64,000 nt of DNA from Lytechinus pictus (Eukaryota). Where the stretch lies: positions 41,976,001-42,040,000 of the forward strand of contig NC_087251.1 in assembly GCF_037042905.1 (NCBI RefSeq). Reading direction: 5' to 3'. This document shows positions 52,601-64,000 of this stretch, piece by piece. Below the pieces are notes generated by a model that saw only the letters and a list, made by a program, of their open reading frames with translations, made no database searches and was not told where the DNA came from. Positions within the stretch are counted from its first letter, which is position 1. Every line of letters begins with the position of its first letter. Position numbers and translations under genes: made by a program.

Positions 52601-55090
52601 AAGAGGCTGCATCTGATGGCCCAAAAGCAAGGCTGGTGGATTCAGAATTGTGCCGTGTGGAATCTTGTTCTTTTTTTTTTTATTCTTTTTCTCTTTGCCT
52701 CCATCCATCCATCCTTCATCTTGTACTTTTCTGTTTGTTCCCTCCACCCCTCGCACTCCCATTAACATAGAGAGGAAAGAAAGCGGGTCGGTAATTGATG
52801 TAACAGAAGGTTCAAAGGAAGCCAGAGTTCAAAGTACTTTTGAGTCATGAGCATAACCAATGTCTCAATCTTGATAAATGTTCACCGTCTACCCATTCAC
52901 AATATCAAGGGTACATGGTTATTACAGGGTGGTTTGTTAAAACACTCAAAAAAAGCGCCACGATATCATTTCCTTCAGCGTAGTTTATTTTATTCATCCC
53001 TGTAAAATTGGTACTACTTTCGGCCTGTTATAGTTGTTCGCATGGCGCTAACAACTAGATTCTGTCCCTAGGAAATGTTGCCAACATGCCAAATCCTAGT
53101 TTTCTTAAATGAATGCCCAAACCATTCTGTCTCTCAATTTGTCAGAGAAAATAGTTGATAATTGCGTGATTAGTTTGTTAGGCATTACAATCACGATTGT
53201 GATGTAAACTTTCATACCCCAGTTGAAATTCACTATGTTGATATGTCATCATAAATTACTTATAATAAAGACTGAAATCAACAAAAGGACATCCTTGAAA
53301 CTTTGTCCAACAAGTGATATGCCATCAACGACAAATCAACAGGCGTGGTGATTAAGTGCTGAGGCTGGATTAATTCCCATATTGTACAAGTCAACATTAA
53401 ATCAATTTCATCCAGTTTGAAAGAAATTAGCCCTTCGCCAACAGCTACTTGTGTTTCATTTCCAGCTCCCCATATCTACCTCCAAGTCTCTAAATGTCTA
53501 GCTAATTGGGAGTCGCGTCATAAAAAAGCAATTACCGCATCATACCATCCTGCCATTTAGAGGTTTCAAAAATATATTGCAATTTGATTGCACTTCTTGT
53601 GTCTAAAATCCTCAGCATTGGCGCCTAATATCAGGAAATCTTAGGTAGCGTGCAGGAGAAATTAAACAGCGTCTATTAGATCCTTACCGGGATACACCAC
53701 TCCGCAAATCTGAGTTTATTAATAAAAAATGGAGTGATTACCGAGAAAGTGGTATCGGACAGAGTGTGATCCATGAGAGCTTAGAAAGAGTTTCAAGGTA
53801 CATAAAGCCTTAATTGATTTGTTAGTCCTCAACTAAGCTTTGCCCTTCGTCTGTACTTTTCTGTGGGGAATCTACAAGTAGATGCAACAGGTCTGTATTT
53901 TGTGTTGCTAAGGAAACGCTAGGGTTTTATTTAGATCCTTGGTTTGCCAATGAATACTCTTGCCGGTATAAGTGCATTATGGTTAGGAGACACTGATAAA
54001 GCTTACTTAATGCCCTAGGATTACAGAGGGAAAGGAATATGCCACTTAGTCACTTTAACCATTTTCCTTCAAGCCACATTGGTAGAAAATTACTGCATAA
54101 AAGGGGGAGGAAAATTACACTTTTGTATGCCAATAAGGGGATCCTTGACTGCCGATTAGGAGATAAACAGTTGGGACAATGAATTGCAGAATTGCTGGCT
54201 GGGTCGGCTGCTGTGGTATTTGGGACGGAAGCAGCGCCGCACGGAATCAGACGGGAGGGTCGGGGGTGTTGTTTCGTTTAGGGCATCTTGAAGAAGCAAA
54301 AGGGCTGGTGTAATTGGATTACAATGGATATGAGTGTAGGGTCCCTGTCAGTCACACCCCTTGGTCTTTACATCCTTGTTTGTGTCATCCCCACAAATTA
54401 GAGCCTATTTGTAGAAGGCTCATTTGGTAGACTACTCATCCTTGCCCATCCTCTGTCAGGGACTCCCATTACCATCTCAGGTTCATAGTACTTTTTCTTC
54501 TCTCTGTCTCTCTCTCTCTCCCTGTCTCACTGATTTGGTTGGTATGTCTCTTCTGTAAACTCATCTTCTGCATACCAGTATCATTCTCCAGGAAAGGGCA
54601 CCCACGTTGCCCTGGCTCAGTCAACATCCTTCTCTTCTCTCTTCATCTTCCATTTTGCCAACCTTCATTCATACTATATCCCCCTTCTCCCTCTGTTTGC
54701 ATCCTGTTTGTCTCTCTCCTCCCCCCCCCCCTCTCTCTCTTCCTTTCTCCCCCTCTCTATCCCCTTCTCTCTCCATCTCTCTCTTTCCTTCAGTGTAGCG
54801 AAGTGTTGCAGATGACCGTGAACCACACAGTGCATTGCTACAAACCATTTCATTGTTTTGATTCCTTACTCCTCTGCTTGTCAACACTTCATTGGCATCC
54901 TAGACACGGTGGTGGATAGATTAGGAAAGACCTTTTTTTCTCCATCTCCCCCAATGGCTCTTTATTTCTTTCATATTCATACCTTAATTCCTTTATTTAC
55001 CATTGTGTTGATGGATCCAATGCTCTGGTAGGAAGCATGGCCTCAACACTTGTCTTCAATCAGGAGTGGGTGGTTCTCATCAAGCAGCTA

Positions 55091-55410
55091 CATTCTTCTC
55101 ACCCCCTCTTTTTTAAATTACTCCTACCAAGGATGGCATCAACACGACTTTCTGTATGGTGTAAACAAATAAACAAACAATAGAGCATATAGCTACTAAA
55201 TCTGTTGTATGTATCAAATAAAATAACTTAAAGCTTTCTACCCCCGCCTCCATTCTTCTCACCCCTCTTTTTTTAATTACCCCTACCAAGGATGGCATCA
55301 ACATATCTTTTCTGTATGGTATATAAAAAATAACAATCTACCATAGCTACTTGTACATTAATTTTTATCAGTCGTAAATATAAGCAGAAATAATCTGAGC
55401 TTTCTGCCCC
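55091..55410. repeat. Tandem duplication of a ~160-bp unit in Prox1 last intron
   Basis: CATTCTTCTCACCCC..CCTACCAAGGATGGCATCAACA..TTTCTGTATGGT occurs at 55091 and 55251. Confidence 0.88.
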
Positions 55411-57921
55411 CTCAACACAAAGATAATAATAAAAGAAAATAAAGATCTTAAATCCCCATCTATCTGTTACAATCTTCTGTCGTTCAGTTTCTCTTTTCCT
55501 TCTGTTGTCTCTCCCTCTTATGTTTAACTTTTATCTGTACAATGACTCCTGTTTGCTACATTCATGTTGGCATGTATCTCGTCATGTGTATTCATTCTGT
55601 TGCCTCTCATCTTTATATCTCTTCATCATGTTAACCATCTGTTATGAATTCTTACGCCTTCCATGTTTTCAGCCTGGTATTATTTACTATATTGTGTCAA
55701 CTCTTGTTGAGGTTCTTACACACATGTCATTAAGGTGTGGTAGACTTGATGACAGATGATGATACGGATCACCTTCTGCTCTTTTCTCATTTCGTTCTAA
55801 TATCTTGGCTTGGCGGAACAAGGTTAAGTTGATTTACTTTACCGACACCCATGCAGCAAAGTCTCAACAAAAGAGATATTGAAAAAATGCCAGGAAATAA
55901 ATTCAATGTAAATCTCTCACTGTCCGCAGTGCCGTCGTGTTGCCAATTTACCTTATCCTGTAAGATCTTTTTTGCTTGGTTATAATATCACAGTTATTAG
56001 AAATATCAAGCATCCACCGGCCAAATGACAAAACTTTGTTGACTTAATGAATTAGGGCCTATCTATTGAAAATTAAGAGGTTAATTTCTGGGCAGCCTTA
56101 TATGTAGTCAAGAAAGCTTTGTTAGCAAATGGATTGAAATAAAACATGAAAATGCAATTATTGTCTTGTGGTGAATGTGGATAAAATGATAGAACATAAT
56201 TAATAAATTAGCCTCTATTTCACTAGCTACTAGTCTTTATGATTAGGTTCATCCTCTCTCTCTCTCCCTCTCCTTTCCCCTCCCCTCTCCCTCCCTCATT
56301 CTCTATCAACCTCTCTCTGATATTTCTCTCATTGTCTCTGTCTCTTTCTATTTTGCTCTATCTCTTGTTTCTTTCAGTAACTGCCTCTTCTTATCTGCAC
56401 TTCCCTTGATGATTATTTCCAATTGAATCTAATTTTGTGAGAAGCATGAATTGTGATGACTGACAATATCATGAATCACCTGTCAACTATGACAGAAAAG
56501 CGACACACGGAGATCGAGCTGAAGAATGACTTCCATCTTACTAACTAAAATTGAAATTTAATGTCCACCTGAAGCAATTGAGAATAATATATTTATTCCT
56601 GTGCATAGGAAAGGAATGAGAAAAGTGCTTCTTGGCACAAGGGTGACTAAAATAATGACATGCATGGGGGTAACATATCATATTTTGGTGATGTAAACTT
56701 TGATAACAATGATATTTCTATCTTGAGTACAGCAGTGCATATCCTGTTAACATCTCTATGCAATTCAACAGGATTTTGGATGTTATTACCCATGTCTTAT
56801 AATAATTGTTTGCAAGTATTTTCATTGCTGTTTTTGTTGTGTTCAGCATCATTATTGATGTTCTTGTCATTATTCCATCTTCATCATCATCTTCTTCTTT
56901 TTTTTACCAAGAGCACCATTTTGCATTCACCAAGGTTCATACTTAAGCCCATGGTTAAAACTTCCTAATTTAGCAAATTCATATCAACTTAAATGCCATG
57001 TTTTTCAGTGTGATCTTAAAATAATGAGACATTTTGAAGATATTAGGCATGCAAGTAGCTTCTAAATCCAAGGAAGGATGTTACCATCTTATGTTTCATT
57101 GTGACTGAGGTCATTTTTGTTGATTCTTTCATTAAGTCATAATAAGAATGATTTAACTGTTAATCACTTAATGTGTCTCATTAACTGATTGAGAATGCTT
57201 CTTTTGGACTTTCTCAATTTTAATTACCTTCAATTGTTTACGAAAATTCTGTGACACTTCTTTGGCATTTCTACTCTCTAATAAACAAATAATGAATCTG
57301 AAGAGTGAAATATGTTTGTTTGGTCATTATGAGTCCACACCTGTTAGTATTCACTCAACATGTTGTGATCTTTGATGATCAACTTGGCTTAGCCAATATC
57401 TCATAATGCTGATTTCAAGTCCATGATCTTGTGAGATAGCTGATCTTTGATGTTTGACTCATGCCTCCTCTTGATGGCTAGTAGCTTAGTGCTTCTCTCC
57501 AGATAAAATTCCTTTGATCTCAAAGATGGTTTAGCAATGAATGAATAATGTATGCTAAGAAAATGAAAGAATTTTTTTTTTGGTCTTCTGTTTCTCCATG
57601 ATAATATAACTTAAGGAATTATGTAAAAAAAAGAACAGAATATTGATTTGTATCAGTGATTACCAATGAAAACCTTGATGTCCATGTGTTTGGAAATAGA
57701 TGCGTGGCCGTATTATGGAAACATAAAGATTAATATCATCCTCTTTATAAATGTATATATCAAGTATTTGACATTAATGCATTTCCTGCCCTGATGATCA
57801 TCCTTGTATACACCGCACACAAAATTATGTTTCATCTTTCAATCTCATCGATAAAGAATCAATGCCCATTTTCTTTTCTCAACCATTTTAACGATTTCAT
57901 ACATCTTGTGTGTTTTTACAG

Positions 57922-58104
57922 GTACCCGAAGGCTTCTTGCATGTGTCTACCACGACGCTTCGTGAGTTCTTCACAGCGATTAAGTCCGTCAAAGACACCG
58001 AACCTTCCTGGAAGAAGACTATCTACAAGGTGATTAGCAAACTGGATGAACCTCTTCCTCCGTTCTTCAAGAATCCAAACTGCCTTGATCTACTGCCTCT
58101 CTGA
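57922..58104 (+). CDS. Prox1: Prox1/prospero terminal coding exon (C-terminal Prospero domain)
   Basis: TTTTTACAG acceptor, phase 0. VPEGFLHVSTTTLREFFTAIKSVKDTEPSWKKTIYKVISKLDEPLPPFFKNPNCLDLLPL* matches the Prospero domain C-terminus. TGA at 58102-58104. Confidence 0.96.
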   Translation, partial: VPEGFLHVSTTTLREFFTAIKSVKDTEPSWKKTIYKVISKLDEPLPPFFKNPNCLDLLPL

Positions 58105-60077
58105 CAACCAAGAGCAGTCTGGAAAATGTAAACTTATCTCTTTCAAAATGAATCCAGAAATATCTTGCAATTTTTATAGAACTGCGTATAAAAGCAGGAA
58201 CATCTGAAAACTAAAGCTTGATAATTCAATAGCAACATCATACTTCAAGCAAGAGCATCGAGACTGAGAGAAGGAAATGATATTGAAGAGACAAACTGTG
58301 GCAAATTCCACCACAGGCAAGCCAATTGTGATGAATTTTCTGGTGAATTGATATTTTGTATTTGTACTTATTCCCCTTCCTATTTCTAATTCTATATTCC
58401 ATTTTGAAAAAAAAGTCTTCTCTATATTCTTACTATGTATTTATCCTGTGTGGATGTGTTTGATCAGTAGTTCTTTCTTGTCTGAACACCACCTGTTTAT
58501 TCTATTGTACAATAAGAGATGAACTATACATTTTTGGTATGTTGCTTCCTCTAAGTGTATAGCAATGTGAATAGAAACCATGTCTTTCATGTACGTAGAT
58601 CTCGTCAAGTTTTCCACTCTAGATATCTTTCATTACTGCAAAGATCTTTTTGTGATAGCTAATTGATTCTTACCCCCTGCATAATAATGAAAGCTGTGAC
58701 TTACGAGGGCTCTTTTCAAACAAAGCCCCAGATGGCTGGCCGGTTTGAATTGAATTTGTCACCTTTTTGCTAAATATTTAATGTCAAGGTTTTGAATGAA
58801 GTTGCAGAGTTGTATGGAGTTTGATTAAGTGATAAACAACCCCTTGCATTTTTGCATGATGAATGTCTTTCTGCCTTATGCTTGACAATTTTCCAAACTT
58901 TTTTTGTATCTCACACAGAGTAATTAACTCTTTCCACCCTTGCTTGTATTGTTTGCTCGAGAATCGAACTTGCTCGCTTCCTAGAAAGGATGCTCTCCGT
59001 GAAATGCGAATAATACTTGAATCCTAGAAGGAACCGGTAATCATTTTACGCAGCCCTGTCGAATATATGGTGTGCTCCCTCATGATTTGTCATGAATTCA
59101 AAAGATGGTTTGATGAAGTCAAAGAGGCTGGAAGACAAAGTTGATTTATCTCCTGCACCCCCAATGCAGACCCTGGGCGAGAAGCCTCCCTGCGCCATAG
59201 GGGCTTGAATGCATTATGTGCTCTTATCGACCAACAGACCGCAATAACCTATTCATACCGACCACAGTCCTTAGTCGGCAAAGCATGCCCCCATTGTACA
59301 TCTGCTATCATCTCTTTTGTTCATGTATCCCCACCATTTAAAACTCATCTCAATCACAAAACACAAGTTTATGACCACCGTGATTGATGACACTGTCTGA
59401 CAATTTTTTTTATATCAAACACTCCTCTTGCTTCCTAAAACCTTAGGCTTGCCATTTTCCTCCGCTGCTGTGAGAACGAAACCATGTATACAAGAGCCTG
59501 CCATATTATATGCTGATTCGATCTGAAGCAGTCGCATTGTTTGTGATTGCAAAAAAAAGAATTGTGAATATTGTGCCATATTCTGAATTGATTCTCAGAA
59601 AAAAAATAGTTTTGTAGTTTATAGTTCTAGTATAGTCTTTGAAAGTTTCATTTGCCATTTAAATGCAGTGCTTTGATAACTAGAAATAATCCTATATATT
59701 ACTACTTTATTATTAGTTCATATTTCTATGGATATGTGTGTGCATGAACTATATCAAAATCATTCTTCCTCATTTTATTGAATAAATCATGTCCACAATA
59801 GAAATAAAATGAATCCAAAGCATTTTCAGTTTTGAGAGCAAGACAAAGCCACCATCATATTCACTAAGTTACCATTATACAAAGATTGAATTATCTGTTC
59901 CCCGTTTATTTGTATTTTACATAAAGTCCCAAAATTAATCAAGCAGAAACCATTTAGATTTATTTTCAAGATTTCTTTTCAGATTTTAACACTCAACAAA
60001 AATTATATTTGTTTGGGTGTGTTTTCTATATAAGCATATCTCATAAAATTGTTATTTGCTTTTATGATTTGAATAAA
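58105..60077 (+). other. Prox1 3' UTR (minimum extent) with candidate poly(A) signals
   Basis: Follows the stop codon. AATAAA at 59781, 59803 and 60072. The true end could be further downstream. Confidence 0.5.
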
Positions 60078-63000
60078 AAGATTCAGTGCTTCATATTGAA
60101 GTTAATCATAAAATTCAACAAGTCCCCTCCCCCTTTTTTTCTCTCCCTCTCTCAAGGCAGCTTTTGAAGTGCTAAAGGAAGCATGTATGAATTAGATTGA
60201 TGATGAAGCAGTCATGAAAACAACATGTCTAATACACAAAGTATGATTAATGAAGCCAATAATATTCGCACCTTGGCTATTTGCAAACCATGTCCCACCA
60301 ACCAACTGCTGTCCATGTCAAGTACCCAGGTCGTCATCCATAATCTACCTTCACAAAGAAAAAAAGAAAGAAAGAAAAGGGGAGGAGGGAGAAAGAAATT
60401 AAAATATAAACGACCCTGTCATAGCCACTTACCCGGAGCCAAAAGTGAGATTGAAGAAAAAATTCATATGACATTTATTTTAATTGTTGACCATGCTCTT
60501 ATATCCCCACCTTGAAACTCTTTTGAAGTAAGCATGAAGCCAGGCTTTCTGCATGAAACCACTTCAGGATCATGCCTTGCTTTGATTTGCTTTGCCAATT
60601 TGATAAGCAGCGTAGACTCTGGCCCGAGTCCATGGAACCAGGCCCACAATGCTGAACCAGCTTGCCTGATTCGTTAAGCCAAAGAGGAAGACGTAATAAT
60701 ATTTTTTTCCAAGTTGCCACATCAGAACACCGCGATGCTTTCTTTGGCGTATTAAGGTGTGGCGTGATATTGATCACACTGCTGTCTTCATCAATTTAAT
60801 GTTTCAGAGAGAGAGAGAGAGAGAGAAAAGAAAGATATTCCATGGTTACCTTTTATCATCATACATCTGTGGATGCACTGATGATAATTAGTATTTTATG
60901 TCAAGCAATCAGTAGATAATGTTATTTTATTTAATGATATTTGCATTGAATTAGACCATGCAGAGAATGATTAATGAGTCCACTGTACTTGCCATTTTTT
61001 TCTCACAACTCTTGGTCACATGATACATTTTATTTCTTTGAGAAAAGGTGAATAATTACTAGACAAATAACTAACCTCTTACAAAGAAACTATATTATAG
61101 AAATAGTAACAATTTGTTTTAATAGTATATCTCATTACACTTTATTAAGATCATGTAGATCAGTGTATGAGCAAGTGAAAGAGTCCATCTACTGTGTAGG
61201 AAATGGGGATGGCATCTGAAAGTGAATTAGAGCATTTGCTATTGAATTCGTCAATTTTCTTTTCCTTACCAAGAAATTTTGAAGAGGAAATTGACCAAAG
61301 TATTAGATATAACGAGATGATTCTTACTGAATCATAAACAAGAAGACCTGTCATGTCATATGCTGCTCAATCTGTTACCTCTTGTGCCAAAAAAATAAGT
61401 GTCATCATTCTTTGCTGGATGCCAAGAAATATTTATACAAAAAAAATGAAAACGAAGATTTTCTTGGCCTGTTAAAGAGTTTGTTGCAAGGAAAGTTCAC
61501 ATGAGTGATGCCATGAGAATATCATAGACACTTCCTTCTAGTTCTCCAGATTAGAGCTCATCCTTCGAGATTTAGGGATTTGAATGTAGCCTATGTAGCA
61601 CAGAGATAGATGCATGCAAACCTTAAGGAAGAAAGCAATTGGGGTTAGAGAAGAATGTCATTCACAGACAATCATAATCAAATCAATGTATGCTGCAATA
61701 TGAAATATTAGTTTGTGATTTGATGGAAAGGGACACCTATCAATTAAACATTTTAAAGCCGGTAACGTGCTGCATCTTTTGTGCGACAAAGAAAATCATA
61801 GGAACTCAAAAAGTCGGTAAATACGTGCTCTCAAGAACTTCTGTTGTGTTTTTATTTGAGTTGTGTTTACTTGGCTTTTTGATATGTCTACCAGGTGATG
61901 AGTGTAGGTAGGTATAGAAACCAAAGCTTTGCTTAGTATAGACATTAGCCGAGTGCATAGCACCAAGATCGAGTAGAGTTTACGTACTGAGCAATTAGCA
62001 CTCAAGTCAGTCTCCCGTAAGATAGCTACCGGAGAGCTTTCGTCTGCACGTCTGAAGTGAAGTAGCTCTCATTCGGGTACTTGCACTTCAGACTGCTTGT
62101 ATATTACCCTATTAGTCTTTTTTTTTTTACTAAACCATGCTTTGATTAACACTTGCTGAAGACTGGTAAATTATATGTGATATGCTGTAAATATATTATC
62201 AGATCATGTGTGATGTTTTTTTTTTAGGAAAAGGGATATGAAGATGTATATTTGCCCTGATCCGTGTACATGCATTCACTGGAAGTGCTTTTATTTAACT
62301 GTTTTTTTGAATGGCAGATTAGAAGGAGATCATAGATTGTATTGTGAATTTATGAAACTGTAAATCATGATCTTTAGAAACTGCCCTGTTTGCTGATGAT
62401 AAAGCAATTGTGAGTACTCTGAACTGCTTTTAGATCTGGTCTTTAATACCCAGTTATTTGTGTGGTTTTTTTTGGTCATAGATGGAAAGAATAACATCAA
62501 TCCCTTTAAAATAATCATAATGATCATTGTTTTAAATTATGTTGATCAGGATTCTGCCCCGTCACTGCAATCTGTAAATAGGATTACTTCCACTCAGGCA
62601 GGGTCGGCAATAAATCACTTTATTTTCATTTTTTGTTTTTTTCTTTATTTTTCATTTTGGGACTTTGCAATCCTTGCGTCTTATTTCTTCATCCTTCTCT
62701 ATTAATTCATGTATATCTTATTCCTATCCTTTCTCTCCTACCCTTTGGTAGTCTAAACTCAAGCACTCAAAGTAATTTTACATTTTCATCAAACTCTCTC
62801 GTGTAAACATTCTTGATGTATATTTGAAAGTAATATTCAAATGTATTTTATATACTTGTAGTGCCTGTGGTGTGGACTCTTTCCATGGCAGTGCCTCTTT
62901 TTTTATACTCCATTCTTCTAGCTATTGATAACAAAAATTGTTGAAAAAATATAGTATTTGACATTCCAGTAGAATGTAGAGGTAGATTCTTCAGCATTGA

Positions 63001-64000
63001 AATATTTATTGTAGTCAAGACTGTTCTGAGTATGAGTGCCTCGATCCCTTTATATATTTATCAGGAGGAGAGCTGGGCATAGAGTTTTGCTAGGATTAGC
63101 AATTCACATTAAATCAGTCTTTTATTTGAGTATTTGCTATGAATCAATAGGTAATAATTTACCTAAAAGCTATTCATCTAATCATGATGTTAAAGTAGAA
63201 GCAAATTAATGGACAAACTTCTGAAGTCACCCAATTTACTGAAATCATTTTCACAAGTATCTTTTCTATGCCGTCAATACAAATGACAATTTCTTGGAAA
63301 GAAATTAATATAGAAAATGCCCAAGTTCTTCCTTTTATATTTCTTTGTTGGACTGCGGGCACACCCGATCTCACTAGGATGTTGAAATTTGCTGTGTTTG
63401 AATTTCTAATGATACTGGCTTGGATATACAGGGTTTTTCAATCAATCAGATTGTGGTTATTTCACCTAGTTTAGTTGAGAATCTATAACAGTACTAAACA
63501 ATTTGTGTCATATTTTATCTTGAGGATAATAATGGAAGCATGCTACAGCCCACATATTAATTGACTCTTGCCACTTATTGATTGAGATACTAGATCGTGT
63601 GATAAGGTTGATGTTCCTTTTCTTCTCTATGTTCACTATTTCAAAGCAAAAAAAATTCTGCCGGTTCATTTAGCAATGTCACACTTGGAGTACTGTTTAC
63701 AGGTGCAATTTTACACCCCTCTGATCTAAAAGGGGCAAAGTTGCACCTATAAACAGGATAAGGTCCTCCCAGTGTACCATTGGGTTGCACCCAATAAGGG
63801 TGCAGAGTTGAACCCTATTTTTCTTAGAGTGTAACTCTTTCCTTCACATTGAATCCGCTAGCTATGTAAATTTTGTCTACCTCAAAATATTCAAATCAAT
63901 AAGGAAAGGGCATAGATTTTCTTTCAACTCTGATTGACCGATCCTATTTCGAATTGATTCTTGGTGTGTTTTATGTCCAGGAATGGGACTAAGTACATAA

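Noticed and set aside
1..64000. Remaining short ORFs (60-130 aa) in the ORF track
   Set aside because: They show no homology cues, many start at non-ATG codons, and their composition fits AT-rich or CT-repeat non-coding DNA.

Overview
AT-rich eukaryotic (metazoan) genomic DNA. The repeat content and Prox protein style suggest an invertebrate deuterostome, probably a sea urchin (inference). The window holds one protein-coding gene, a Prox1/prospero homeobox gene on the + strand. I assembled four coding exons by hand: 32918-34365, 40230-40443, 46317-46622 and 57922-58104 (2151 nt, about 716 aa). The intron just before the homeodomain (40444-46316, 5873 nt) is a minor-spliceosome U12-type AT-AC intron, with an ATATCCTTT donor, a CCTTAAC branch site and a TAC acceptor. 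I found no in-frame Drosophila-style twintron inside it. The proximal 3' UTR has a cluster of miR-71 seed matches plus miR-124 and miR-183-family matches. The ~32 kb upstream contains candidate promoters and 5'-UTR exons and many non-autonomous mobile elements: TIR MITEs, a tRNA-derived SINE, a Helentron-like element carrying a tRNA-like segment, and a tandem duplication with a nested MITE whose empty site survives in the sister copy. There are no prokaryotic systems, CRISPR arrays or autonomous transposases. I found no wholly new biological system; the best leads are splicing and post-transcriptional control of Prox.
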